64,000 nucleotides of DNA from Paraspadella gotoi (taxonomy: Eukaryota > Animalia > Chaetognatha): assembly GCA_051294375.1 (NCBI GenBank), contig CM119267.1:1879368-1943367 (forward strand), given 5' to 3'. Below the pieces are notes generated by a model. That model did not search any database and was not told where the DNA came from. It worked only from the letters and a program-made list of their open reading frames with translations. The position numbers were made by a program, and so were the translations under genes. Shown here piece after piece: positions 14,875 through 28,880 of this stretch; the first letter of the stretch is position 1, and each line of letters starts with the position of its first letter.

Positions 14875-17800
14875 GGCGTCCCTCTTTCGTGTAAATCTTC
14901 CTTTCCAGCCACGGCTGGGCCAGTTGGGTTCCCCCGAGTTAGAGGAGGGATTGAGAGACAGGAGAGCCGAGAGAGAGAGAGGAAGAGGAGAAAGAGAGAG
15001 ATAAACGACCAGACGGAGTGAAGCGAGAGAGAGAGGAAGAGAGTGGACAGACATAGAGACGATCGTACCGAGACGACGAGGAGAGAGTATGAAGGAGGAC
15101 AGAGGAGAAGAAAGGAGGAGGAAATTGGAAATTATGCCAAAAGACATGAAGGTTATTCTTTCTTAGTTTTTGGATGAGTATTTTGGCGAGGGCAAGACGA
15201 TTCTGTATTCAAGGAGCAAAACAAAAACCTGACTTGTTGATGAGTGCGAGGATGGAAGATTTGATTGGAGAGCTATAAAAAACGAGTGCAAAAAATTATG
15301 GCAAAAGATATTAAGAGTTGAAAGAGGAGAAATCAACAAAATTCGCTGAGAGTCGACAGAGCAGAGAGAGCCGAACGGAGCGAGAGAGAGGAAGCAGGGA
15401 CAAATAAATACACTAACTTAAATCATGTCTTCTTTCTCTACTTTCGAATCAACCTACCAATAAATTCTCAACCAACCTTTTCCGTTCTCTTCTCCTCAAT
15501 CAACTCAATCAATCAATTCAATCAATCAATCCACCTCCAATCAGATCAATCACATCAAAATCAATTCACTATCCAATCCACCGCCCCTTCACTCATATCG
15601 CCTAACTCATTTAATTTCTCTTAAAATCTCCGGCGCTCTTCATTTTTTATCGGCTTTTTCTTGTTTTTTCTTTCTCTCCCTCAGTTTCTCCTTTGTTTTA
15701 GTTTTCTCATCTTTAATTTCTTCTACTATGTGTTTTTATTTCTCTCTCAATCTTTTCCTCTTTTTTTTCCTGTTATTTAACATGAAAATTTTTGAGCTGG
15801 TACCTCCGCACCTAACGTCGAAATGATTGCAATCAAAACACAATAGAATTAATTGAGTTCCACATTAGTCATTTTAGGCATCGGGATAGGAATTGAATGA
15901 GCGAAGCCCCGCCGCGTCGGCAATCCGGCCTTCGACTGTCGATTGGTCCGATGAAAGCGAATTCTTTCTACGTGCTGATTCGTCCATCCATCCACCCGCC
16001 CGACCTTGAGCCTTCCTCCGAGACACCTGCTCCGACGCCCGATTGGTTTTCGAGTGATTAGCCGACTTGAAAAGAATCCGAGAAAATTCCAATTTATCTC
16101 CTAACCACCACCCCAAAAAAATAAGGAATCGAGGGACAGAATCCTTAAAACAAAAACCAAGACAGTAAGAGAAGAAAAAACCTAACTGGAATCCTAATAG
16201 CTTGTAACAACTACCAAAACTTAATCTCCAGTTTATCGTAAGACAAATCAGAAGATTAATATGTTCGCCAGTTTGAGTGAGGTAAAATGTCGGGAGTGAA
16301 TGCCTGAAAAATAAAACGGTGCACCCTCTCGTACAAGCGCCCACATCGCTTGGAGTACAAAAATAATCTTTGCCTCTTATCATTTGTTCACAGGTCATTT
16401 GGCCAATTTCGGGCGGCGGTTGAGAAACGTTTGGGCGCGGTTCGGAAGAGACAGAGATGCCTTCATAAAAATTGGGAATGATTGGATTATCCTGTGTGAG
16501 TTCGTCGGGATCCATGGAATCATCTCGAAATCTCATGGGGTCACTCAGATTCCATTTTCGTCCTTGGCATCGATTTTCGTCGGACTCTGTATTATTTTTG
16601 AGGGTTTAAAATATACAGAAGCTTAGAATAACAAAAAGAAGAAAAATCTGAAAAAATTAATTATTTTATATTCGGAAAATCTTAAGTATAATGTGTGATT
16701 TACTTCTTAACGAACCAAATTGTTTGTATTCAGCACTAGTAAAATATTGGAGTAGCACGAAATCATAATTCATAAATTGATAAAATAATCTTTATTACCG
16801 GAATTAGCGAAAAAACTTAGGCTACATTTTCTTAAAAAGAAAAGTTTAATTTTTAAAAAAATACCTTGTTAGTGTCTTGTTTTGAAATAGGTGAGTTATA
16901 CTTGATTTTTTTTTTATTCATAAGATTTGTGCCAAATAGATAATAATATTATTAAGCCGAGTAGTGAAATTGTTTTAACATACGAAAGATTTCTAATAAT
17001 GATTCAAAGGTGTATGCACGACAACATACATTCCAGTGACATCAAACTTACATGTTCGTAACAAAAAAAAATTCATTATTGCTATTTTATGTCTTTTTAT
17101 TTAATTCTCATTCGCAGCTAGGCCCTTACAATTCAAATACAGAATTATGTTGTACTATTCCTTAAAAATCGAAAATTTTAAATAGGCTTTTATCGTTAAT
17201 TTTAAAATTTTTTGATTGCAGATTTGAATTCCTGTCAAAAGTTGGCTACACAGAAAATAATAAATCTTTATTTATTTTTTTTTTTGTACCGTTACTGTTG
17301 GTTTCAAAAATTCTTTCTCTTGTTGGATCATTAGGTAAAATTAAAAAAAAAAACTATATTTCCAACCTATACTAAAACTGTTGTCAATTTTTCAGCTTAA
17401 GATTTTAGATAGCTTTTTATTCCTTCTTAATTTGTGAATCCCTACTATATGAAGGTTACATAGCTCTTTTCAAAAAAGGTCTACTACGCTCTTATATTTT
17501 CTTTTATTCCTGCAACCTTTTCTCGCTTTCTCGCTTTTAATTGCTCATCTCTCGAATCCTAAATCCCGTGCCGTGCCAAAAAATAATCCCATTCTTTAAA
17601 AACGAACTGTTTTCTTTTGACTCATACTCTTCTCGTTTCAGATCCACATCTTAGTGGTATTCTGGCTCTGCTCTTCCTAGACATCATCGACATCCTGTAG
17701 TTATATTTCTCTCTCTCTTACTTACTCCGTAATCATACTACTATTGTGCTCTCTCTCTGCTTGTCTCTCTCTCCTAGCGACAATCCTCATCTCTTCGTGT

Positions 17801-18514
17801 TCTTATCATAGGCCGTAAATTTTGAAAAATTATTAATAAGTTTTATATATCACACTATTTGTTTTCTTTTTTAGATTTTATAATTGTCTCTGTTCTTTAT
17901 CCTTTTTTCTCTAGAATTGTCTATATCTATTTTAATATATTTTTTAAGTTATAGATTTAGATATTTTCTATCTACTCACAAAGTCAAAGTTTCTGTGTAC
18001 TGTTATATCTCATTTTAAAAGAGACGAAAACATTAAACTCAAAATGTGGAGAATCGAATGGAACCGAAATGGAATCAAGTAGGAAAATTCTACCCACCTT
18101 GTGCTCTGATTACGCACTCTCACTGATACAAATGTGATGTAATGCGTCATATAAAAAGAAGCGAGTAGGAAATTTTTTGTTTAAAGTAAGTGTCATTCTG
18201 CTAATGCGTCGAAGATCAGGGATCTGCGTCAGTACTCGATCTTATCTACTCACTCTGTCACTCGTGTTACTTTCTCTCCTTTACTTGTTCTTGTTTCTTT
18301 TTGAGAAAACTCAATACTAATGAAAGTCAACTTATCTACCTTGATTTTTATTCTTATTTTCTTTAACTCGATTCCTAATGAAAAAAGATTTACGGGCACA
18401 AATGAAATATCGAATTATAACCATAATCATCCAGAATAAGAAAAGTATATATCATTACTCCTCCAGTGAATTAGGAATACCTGAAACCAGCTAAACATAT
18501 TGAGACCTTGAGAC

Positions 18515-19543
18515 TCTTCTCTCTCATCTTTTCCTCTTTTTTTTCCTGTTATTTTAAATGAATTTTTGCGTCGAAATCTCGAGAGAAAAGAAAATTGAGA
18601 TGAGATGAATGGAAGCCGCCGTCGCTCGACGCCGATTGGTCCGATGAGCGAATTCTTTTCTCGATGCTGATTGGTCCAATCGACGCCGCCTCCTCTCGAC
18701 GCTCGACGCCGATTGGTCGAGAATCCTTTCTCCCCCCCAAAAAAATAAGGAATCGAGGGGAATCTAAACAAACAAGATGATCGAAAGGTAAACAAACAAA
18801 CTATAGAAATGATAATTTAAGAAAGTGGAAAAGGAAATGCTGAAAAAAAGGTGACTTTTAGAAGGCGGCTGGGGGGTTGAGAAAGTTTGGGGTCTGGAAG
18901 AGACAGAGATGCTAAAGGGGATGGGATCTTGAGATTCGTCGGGTCCATGGATCATCTCGAAATTCTCTCGGGGCGTCGGACCTGATTTTTTGGGGGTTGA
19001 AAAAACAGAAGCAAAAAAATCTGAAAAATTAATTATTTTATATTCGGAAAAATCTTTAAGTATAATGTGTTTACTTTCTTTAAGAACAAATTGTTGTATT
19101 CAGCACGTAAAATATGGCATACACACAATCATAATTCATAAATTGAAATAATATTACAATACAAAACTTGCTTTTACAGAAAGGTTTATCTGTTTTGAAA
19201 AGTTATTCGATTTAGATTTTCATGTATATATCTCATTAAAAGAGAAACATAAACTCAAAATATGGAATCGAATGGAACAGAAATGGAATCAAGCTCTCTC
19301 TTTGGTCGAGACCCGAATGAAATCGGCTAATAGGCGGATGGGTTTCCATCCGCTAGGAAATTCTACCCACTTTTCTGATCCACTTGTATTGTATAAATAG
19401 CAGTAGATTTTGTATAGGATTATTCTGTCTAATGGTCAGCGACCAGTCTCTCTCTCTCTCTCACTCTTTCTCTTTCTCTCTCTCTTTACTTGTTTTTGTT
19501 CTTCTTCTTCCTCATCATAAAAGTCAACTTTTTTCTTTTTTTT
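18515..19543 (+). repeat. ~1-kb repeated unit 'X' with multiple ATTGG (CCAAT) boxes; other copies at ~4080-5950, ~15760-18420, ~22930-24088
   Basis: Shared text 'ttttcctgttattttaaa(a)tgaatttttgcgt...gccgattggtccgatga...gattcgtcgggtcc...ttaattatttttatattcggaaa...aagtcaactt' in all four copies. Confidence 0.85.
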
Positions 19544-20080
19544 GTGGGAGATGAGGAGGGAGAGAAGAGAGAGAGACAGAGAGAGACGAGAAAAGAGAGA
19601 GAGAGATGAATGAGAGAGAGAGAGGAAAAGAAGAGACAGAGAGAGAGGAAAGAGAGATTTAGATAGAGATGAGAAAGAGAGAGAGAGAGAGAGGAGAGAG
19701 AGAGATGAGAGAGCGAGACAACCATCGATTGAACTCAATGTAATCATTTAATGAACATTCACTTGGACGTGATAAACATTCATAAACCACCGTTTTATTT
19801 CGAATAATGAGACAGCGAAACCCTCGTTTCGTTTAACTTGTCTTGCCTTACTTTTCGTCGTCATTTATCGTCGTATATGTCGTCGTCATCTTAATCTAAT
19901 TTCACAATTTTAATGACTTTAATGATTCATTATGAATTAACATCATTCAAAACTTAATTAAAAACATTTTTTTTTTTGTTCAAAATATTTTTTTAATTGT
20001 TTTTGTGACTTCTTTTATTCTTTCTTTCTTTCTTTCTTTCCTTTCTTTCTTCTTTTCTCTTTCTTTCTCTTTTCTTTTTT

Positions 20081-20112
<32 letters not shown>

Positions 20113-20210
20113 GTCTTTCTTCTTTTTCATTCTTTCTTTCTTTCCATCTCTCATTTTCCCCTCAGACTTTCTCAGTATTCCAGATCCAACGTTTTTGAGA
20201 ATTTTTGCTC

Positions 20211-20241
<31 letters not shown>

Positions 20242-21274
20242 GAAATATTTTGGATTAAGTTTCACAAAAATTTTCACACCGAAAATAATGTAGGAGTAAA
20301 ATTTGCTGGAAGGAAACTGGAACGCAAGATGTAGAAAGTAACCGTGCAGTGTTTATTGTGAATTGGATAAATGGAAGGAAAGGTGAGGATGGGTAGGAGA
20401 CTGACTGTGAGACCACTTGTACTGTTGGCTGAGTCAAGCTCAGTCTAGTAAAAGCGTGAATGTGAAAAAATTTCAGTCAAAATTCAATAAAGAAAAAAAA
20501 AAACGGAGCTAAATCGTTTCTCTCGCCATCGAGACGTCGTCGTCGTCGTCGGTCGTCGTCGTACTCTTAGTGCGACGCCTCCTCCATCTTCCTCAACTTT
20601 CGTCGCCATGACAACCCAATTTGCGAACCTCGTCTGGGCGCCGTTCTCTTTAAAAGAGGGAAGAAAGATAGTAGGAAGGAAAGGAACAGAGAGGGGAAGG
20701 AAGGAAGGAGGAAAGGAGAGAGGGAAGAGAAGGAAGGGAGGAAGGAAAGAGAGGAGGAAGGAAAGGGAAGGGAGGGAAAGGAAAGACGAGGGGAAAGAAG
20801 GAAGGGAGGAAAAGGAAAAGAGAGGAGGAAGCGAAGGAAGGGAGGAAAGGAAGACGAGGGGAAAGAAGGAAGGTGAGGAAAGGAAGAGAGGAGGAAAAAG
20901 GAGCAGGGAGGAAGAAAGAGAGGAGGAAAAGAGGAAGGGAGGAAAGGAAAGGGGAAAAGAGGGGGAAAGAAGGAAGGGAGGAAAAGAAAGAGAGGAGGAA
21001 AGGAAGATGGAAGGAAAGCGAAATAGAGGGAAGGAAGGAAGGAGGAAAGGAATGGAAAAGCAGAAAGAAACAAGGAAATGTTTTCAATTTGTAAAATAAA
21101 ACTATAAATACGATCCGTCATCTAATTTTAAGATGAACCATTTCGTTTCTCTCTATTCTCTCTCTCTCTCTTTTTTGATCAAGACAACGGATGATCGGAC
21201 TTAATCCCATGGGGATTTCTTCTTGCTTAAAGTACCATAAGCGATGCGTGAACAAATCGTCCACCTCTCTCTCG

Positions 21275-21327
<53 letters not shown>

Positions 21328-22757
21328 TCTCTCTCTCCTCTCCTGCTTTCCCGTAACCATCCCCGAAAACGATAGCTCCCTCTGATTGGTCAGGCCCTCG
21401 CTTTTCCTCGCTTCTGATTGCCGACAAAAAAAAAAGATAAAAAACGCTCTTAGGTTTAGGATTCTCGTGAGGACGACCAGATATACGCGTTAGTCTGTCG
21501 GAAGGTCCGTGTTCTGTCGTCCGTTTTCGGTCCGTCTCTCAGTCGGTTAAATGTGTCTGTCGGTTGGGTCGGCTGGTGGTTTTCGGTCGGTCCGTCTGTA
21601 TGTGTATATGTTTGTGGTTTTTGTTCTTTTCTCTTCTCCCTACAAACGCTGATGAGCGGAATTTATTGCCAGAGAGCGTCACCTCAACTCAGTAATAAAT
21701 ATCGACTTCTTGACCTGACCAATCATCAAATCGTTGAGTCTTAATTAACAAATCAATACTGAGCATCTTGACCATCTGATTGACCAAATCAGCGGAATCT
21801 CGTCAACGTCTTAATTCGAGTCGACGGAAAGTCGTCTAAATCGTCGTCGTAGTCAGTCGTCGATCGTCACGGCAGTCTGATTGGTCGATGGATGGTATTT
21901 CGTCGAAATCTATTATTGGCTAATCGGTGGTTCATCGTCAGAATCTAATTGGCGGATTTATTGACTTCATTGACTCTCTCATTGGCCTGATCTCTCGGCG
22001 AAGTTAAGAATTCGAAATTCGCCCCAAATTTTTGAAACGATGACGAATTCAGTTCTGGTTGGAGTCGTCGTCGTCTTCAGCTGTCGTTTTGTGTGTAGTG
22101 TTGTTGTTGTTTTCGTTGCGTTGTTGTGTGCTGATTGAAATCTCATTGTGAGAAAGAGAAAGGAAAAAAAAAAAGTTTTGGCGAATTTCGAAAAAGATCT
22201 CGGAGGGGGTGAGGGGAGACGAGAGAGAGCAGGAAGAGGAGAGAGACGAGAGAGAGAGAGACGAGAGAGATGAGCAGAAGAGAGAGAGACAGGGCGAAGA
22301 GGGGGCCGAAGAGAAAATGCCGTCACACTGAACGAAAGAATGACGTCAGATTTATGGTGGATCGCATCACCATGACGGACCGACAGGATGGGAGCAAAAC
22401 TACCCGAGAAGGAGGAGTGAAGGGAGGCGGGAGGGAGGGGGAAAGGAAGAATAGGGAGGAAGGAAGGTGAAGGTTGAGGGAGAAGGAAGGGGAGAGGGTA
22501 GCGATTAGCGAAATAGGAAAAGAGGAAAAAGGAAAAAAAGGGGAAAAAAGGGAAAAAGGAAAAAGGGAGGGTTGTAGAGGTCAATGGGTTTGCAAGCGAT
22601 AGTTTTTGCAAAGTCAGGTGGCCGGTATGCACAACAAGCAGGCGAGGAGGAGCAGGAAGGAGGAGTAGGAGGAGGCAGAGAGAAGAATATCGGATGCAGG
22701 ATATAAATCGAATGATTTGGCGAAATTTTTCATGGCATCGAAGTTAAAAGAAAAGAA
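19544..22757 (+). repeat. Left arm of ~3.2-kb inverted duplication
   Basis: Reverse complement of 24089-27247; ORF track gives identical mirrored peptides (21979..22632- = 24214..24867+; 21553..21744+ = 25102..25293-), centre ~23423. Confidence 0.92.
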
Positions 22758-24088
22758 NNNNNNNNNNNNNNNNNNNNNNNNNAAGAGAGAGAAACGGAAA
22801 TGGTTCCATCTTAAATTAGAGACTGATCTGTATTTATAGATTTTATTTTACAATTGAACATTTCCTTGTTTCTTCTCTTTTTCCATTCCTTTCCTCCCTT
22901 CCTTNNNNNNNNNNNNNNNNNNNNNNNNNAAAAAAAAGAGAGAGGATTTTTTTTGTTTTCTTCTGCTCACCGTCAGTTTTCTCCTTGTTTTCTTTTTGTT
23001 TCTCTCTCGTCATCTTTCCTCTTTTTCCTGTTATTTTAAATGATTTTTTGCGTCGAAATCTCGAGAGAAAAGAAATTGAGATGAGATGAACTGGAAGCCG
23101 CGTCGCTCGACGCCGATTGGTCCGATGAGCGAATACTTTTCTTCGATGGCTGATTGGTCAATCGACGCCACCTCCTCCTGTCGAGCTCGCGGGCCGTTGG
23201 GTCGAGAATGCCTTTCTCCCCCCCCAAAAAGAAATAAGGAATGAGGGGAATCTCAACCAACAAGATGATCGAAGGTAAACAAACAAACAATATAGAAATG
23301 AATAATCTTAAGAAAGTGGAAAAGGATAATGCTGAAATAAAAGGGTGACTTTTAGAAAAGGCGGCTGGGGGGGTTTGAGAAAAGTTTGGGGTCTGGGTTG
23401 AGACACGAGATGGCTTAAGGGGATGGGATTCTTGAGATTCGTCGGGTCCATATGGATGCATCTCGAAATTCTCGTCGGGGCGTCGGACCTCGATTTTTGG
23501 GGGTTGAAAAAAAAGAAGCAAAAAAATCGTGAAAAATTAATTATTTTATATTCGGAAAAATCTTTAAGTATAATGTGTTTACTTTCTTAAGAACAAATTG
23601 TTGTATTCAGCACGTAAAATATGGCAGTAGCACGACAATCATAATTCATAAATTGAAAATAATATTACAATACCAAACTTGCTTTTATGCGTTACAGAAA
23701 GGTTTTCTGTTTTGAAAAGTTATTCGATTTAGATTTTCATGTATACTATCTCATTAAAAGAGAACATGAAACTCAAGAATATGGAATCGTGGAACAGAAA
23801 TGGAATCAAGCTCTCGTCTTTGGTCGAGACCCGAATGAAATCGGATAATAAGGACGGATAGGGTTCCATCCTGCTAGTGAAATCTTCTATACCCACTTTT
23901 TCTGGGATCCACTTGTATTGTTAAAAATAGCAGTAAGAATTTTGTATAGGAGTTATTCTGTCTAATGTCAGCGACGCAGCTCTCTCCTCTCGTCTCTCAC
24001 TCTTTCCTTTCCTCTTTCTCTCTCTCCTTTACTTGTTTTTGTTCTTCTTCTTCCGTCATCATAAAAAGTCCACTTTTTTCTTTTTTTT

Positions 24089-25518
24089 TTCTTTTCTTTT
24101 AACTTCGATGCCATGAAAAATTTCGCCAAATCATTCGATTTATATCCTGCATCCGATATTCTTCTCTCTGCCTCCTCCTACTCCTCCTTCCTGCTCCTCC
24201 TCGCCTGCTTGTTGTGCATACCGGCCACCTGACTTTGCAAAAACTATCGCTTGCAAACCCATTGACCTCTACAACCCTCCCTTTTTCCTTTTTCCCTTTT
24301 TTCCCCTTTTTTTCCTTTTTCCTCTTTTCCTATTTCGCTAATCGCTACCCTCTCCCCTTCCTTCTCCCTCAACCTTCACCTTCCTTCCTCCCTATTCTTC
24401 CTTTCCCCCTCCCTCCCGCCTCCCTTCACTCCTCCTTCTCGGGTAGTTTTGCTCCCATCCTGTCGGTCCGTCATGGTGATGCGATCCACCATAAATCTGA
24501 CGTCATTCTTTCGTTCAGTGTGACGGCATTTTCTCTTCGGCCCCCTCTTCGCCCTGTCTCTCTCTCTTCTGCTCATCTCTCTCGTCTCTCTCTCTCTCGT
24601 CTCTCTCCTCTTCCTGCTCTCTCTCGTCTCCCCTCACCCCCTCCGAGATCTTTTTCGAAATTCGCCAAAACTTTTTTTTTTTCCTTTCTCTTTCTCACAA
24701 TGAGATTTCAATCAGCACACAACAACGCAACGAAAACAACAACAACACTACACACAAAACGACAGCTGAAGACGACGACGACTCCAACCAGAACTGAATT
24801 CGTCATCGTTTCAAAAATTTGGGGCGAATTTCGAATTCTTAACTTCGCCGAGAGATCAGGCCAATGAGAGAGTCAATGAAGTCAATAAATCCGCCAATTA
24901 GATTCTGACGATGAACCACCGATTAGCCAATAATAGATTTCGACGAAATACCATCCATCGACCAATCAGACTGCCGTGACGATCGACGACTGACTACGAC
25001 GACGATTTAGACGACTTTCCGTCGACTCGAATTAAGACGTTGACGAGATTCCGCTGATTTGGTCAATCAGATGGTCAAGATGCTCAGTATTGATTTGTTA
25101 ATTAAGACTCAACGATTTGATGATTGGTCAGGTCAAGAAGTCGATATTTATTACTGAGTTGAGGTGACGCTCTCTGGCAATAAATTCCGCTCATCAGCGT
25201 TTGTAGGGAGAAGAGAAAAGAACAAAAACCACAAACATATACACATACAGACGGACCGACCGAAAACCACCAGCCGACCCAACCGACAGACACATTTAAC
25301 CGACTGAGAGACGGACCGAAAACGGACGACAGAACACGGACCTTCCGACAGACTAACGCGTATATCTGGTCGTCCTCACGAGAATCCTAAACCTAAGAGC
25401 GTTTTTTATCTTTTTTTTTTGTCGGCAATCAGAAGCGAGGAAAAGCGAGGGCCTGACCAATCAGAGGGAGCTATCGTTTTCGGGGATGGTTACGGGAAAG
25501 CAGGAGAGGAGAGAGAGA

Positions 25519-25571
<53 letters not shown>

Positions 25572-26532
25572 CGAGAGAGAGGTGGACGATTTGTTCACGC
25601 ATCGCTTATGGTACTTTAAGCAAGAAGAAATCCCCATGGGATTAAGTCCGATCATCCGTTGTCTTGATCAAAAAAGAGAGAGAGAGAGAATAGAGAGAAA
25701 CGAAATGGTTCATCTTAAAATTAGATGACGGATCGTATTTATAGTTTTATTTTACAAATTGAAAACATTTCCTTGTTTCTTTCTGCTTTTCCATTCCTTT
25801 CCTCCTTCCTTCCTTCCCTCTATTTCGCTTTCCTTCCATCTTCCTTTCCTCCTCTCTTTCTTTTCCTCCCTTCCTTCTTTCCCCCTCTTTTCCCCTTTCC
25901 TTTCCTCCCTTCCTCTTTTCCTCCTCTCTTTCTTCCTCCCTGCTCCTTTTTCCTCCTCTCTTCCTTTCCTCACCTTCCTTCTTTCCCCTCGTCTTCCTTT
26001 CCTCCCTTCCTTCGCTTCCTCCTCTCTTTTCCTTTTCCTCCCTTCCTTCTTTCCCCTCGTCTTTCCTTTCCCTCCCTTCCCTTTCCTTCCTCCCCTCTCT
26101 TTCCTTTCCTCCCTTCCTTCTTTCTTCCCTCTTTAAAGAGACGCCCAGACGAGGTTCGAAATTGGGTTGTCATGGCGACGAAAGTTGAGGAAGATGGAGG
26201 AGGCGTCCACTAAGAGTACGACGACGACGACGACGACGACGACGTCCTCGGATGGCGAGAGAAACGATTTACTCGTTTTTTTTTTCTTTTTTGAATTTTG
26301 ACTGAAATTTTTTCACAATTCACGCTTTACTAGACTGAGCTTGACTCAGCAACAGTCAATGTGGTCTCACAGTCAGTCTCCTACCCATCTCACCTTCTTC
26401 ATTTATCCAATTCACAAAAACCACTCACGGTTACTTTCACATCTGCGTTCCAGTTTTTCCTTCACAAATTTTCACTCTTACATTATTTTCGGTGTGAAGA
26501 ATTTTTTGTGAAACTTAATCCCAAAATATTTC

Positions 26533-26563
<31 letters not shown>

Positions 26564-26661
26564 GAGCAAAAATTCTCAAAAACGTTGGATCTGGAATACT
26601 GAGAAAGTCTGAGGGGAAAATGAGAGATGGAAAGAAAGAAAGAATGAAAAAGAAGAAAGAC

Positions 26662-26693
<32 letters not shown>

Positions 26694-27247
26694 AAAAAAG
26701 AAAAGAGAAAGAAAGAGAAAAGAAGAAAGAAAGGAAAGAAAGAAAGAAAGAAAGAATAAAAGAAGTCACAAAAACAATTAAAAAAATATTTTGAACAAAA
26801 AAAAAAATGTTTTTAATTAAGTTTTGAATGATGTTAATTCATAATGAATCATTAAAGTCATTAAAATTGTGAAATTAGATTAAGATGACGACGACATATA
26901 CGACGATAAAGAGCGAATAAGGCATAGACGAAGTTTAACTACAACGAGGGTTTCGCTGTCTCATTATTCTGAAATTAAAACGGTGGTTTATGAATGTTTA
27001 TCACGTCCAAGTGAAATGTTTCATTTAAATGATTTCATCATTGGAGTTCAATCGATGGGTTGTCTCGCTCTCTCTCTCTCTCTCTCTCCTCTCTCCTCTC
27101 TTTCTCTCTTATCCATCTCTATCTCAATCTCTCTTTCCTCTCTTCTCTGTCTCCCTTTCTTTTCTCTCTCTCTCTCTCATTCTAATCTCTCTTCTTCTTT
27201 CTCGTCTCTCTCTGTCTCTCTCTCTTCTCTCCCTCCTCATCTCCCAC
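24089..27247 (-). repeat. Right arm of ~3.2-kb inverted duplication
   Basis: Mirror of 19544-22757; ends at the 25-N gap 27248-27272. Confidence 0.92.
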
Positions 27248-27737
27248 NNNNNNNNNNNNNNNNNNNNNNNNNTTGCATTTATAAAAGCAATGGTCTAAAA
27301 TTTTTGGTAAGCCGTTGAATTTGATGTTGCTATTATTATTGCCTTCATCTTTTTTACTATTTTTGATCTTAGTTAGCTTTTTGTTGGAGGGTCAAGGGTT
27401 ATGGTTTCAGATACAGATATGTCCAGTAGTGTTTACTATGCGCACAATATACCCAAGTAGTATCTCAATTAATTTGGAATCTTCAGGAAACATTTTAAAA
27501 GGACAATAATTCAGCACTGAGACCGTTTTCGCCACGTATTTTTCATGTGTTCACTATACGCACGAAAATGACTCGACGATAATGACGACGAAAGTAAGCA
27601 TAGACAAGTTAACTACAACGAGGGTTTCGCTGTTCATTATTCTCGAAATTAAAACGGTGGTTTATGAATGTTTATCACGTCCAAGTGAATGTTTCATTAA
27701 ATGATTCATCATTGAGTTCAATCGATGGGTTGTCTCG

Positions 27738-27768
<31 letters not shown>

Positions 27769-28559
27769 TCTCTCTTTTCATCTCTATCAATCTCTCTTTT
27801 CTCTCTCTGTCTCTTCTTTCCCTCTTTCTCTCATCTCTCTCTCTCTTTTCTCGTCTCTCTCTATTCTCTCTTCTTCTTTCTCTCTCTCTCTGTCTCTCTC
27901 TCTCTCTCTCTCTCCTCTCTACTTTCTCTCTCTCTCCTGTTTCTTTATGTGTCTCTGTCTCTTTTCCACTTCTCTCCCCCACTCTGGTATTCATTTAAGG
28001 TAGAGAATAAAATCCTCTTGTTTTCTTTTTCCCCGAAGGAAAAACAGAAAACAAAATTCTTCTAAACAGGATAAAGAAAATATCGAGTCGCTGTATGAGA
28101 AGAGATGAGTGGAGAGAGAGAGAGGAGACGCAGAGACTGAGATCGAGGGACAATGATAGAGAGAAGACTGATATACAATCTTCATGATGATGAGGAGAGA
28201 GAGAGAGTTCAGGATAAGTCGAGCAGAGGAGGGATGGAAAACAAGTTTGAGCAAACAATGCCAGATCTGCCCACGATCATTTGCGGGAAGCAGCTGATCA
28301 GATAATTAATTAATTAATTAATTTATATTAATTTTTTTATTCGTGTCAAAATTGTTTTCCACTTTGTCTCGCCTCTCAATCTCAAAACAACAATCTTGAT
28401 CATAAAATTAATTAATTAATTAATTATTTATTAATATTTAATTAATGCAGCTTGAATTGACATTTAATAGAAAAATATAAAAGAACATAATCAAATAGTG
28501 AAAAAGATTGTTTGTTTTTCCCATTTTAACTAATTTCCACATAGACGATTCCATCGAAA

Positions 28560-28880
28560 CTTGATTTCCAGCTTAATCACACACTTTTCTACCCAAATAC
28601 AAAATTTCAAGTCGATCGCCCCATCCACTCATGAGTAATTGGTGTTCAATTAGTAAACTATATTTTTTTGTTTTTTTCCATTTAAACTTCATATCCAGCT
28701 CAATCACACACTTCCCTACCCACACACAAAATTTCATTCCAATCCATCCATCAAATCACGAGTAATTGGTGATATTTGCTAAGGTGGGACGGACGGACGG
28801 ACGGACAGACAGAAAGGCAGACAGACAGACGGATCGATCGATGATCTGACATGATATGAGTGAAGATTGGGGGGAGGTAG
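28560..28880 (+). repeat. Dispersed repeat with internal direct repeat and (GACG/GACA)n tract; DINE-1/Helitron-like non-autonomous element candidate
   Basis: 'aatcacacactt..ctaccca...caaaatttca....atcc...gagtaattggtg' occurs twice (~28575, ~28702), followed by ggacggacggacggacagacag; a noisy inverted copy lies at ~9340-9880. Family assignment is by resemblance only. Confidence 0.45.

Noticed and set aside
15874-16536. 220-aa minus-strand ORF
   Set aside because: Falls in a noisy copy of repeat X; frame not conserved in the other copies.
19544-27247. Inverted arms as Maverick or DNA-transposon TIRs
   Set aside because: They enclose only ~1.3 kb of gaps and repeat X, do not flank the Maverick genes, and show no TSD.
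27273-27510. Coding-looking fragment right after a gap
   Set aside because: Short, contains stops, no recognisable motif.
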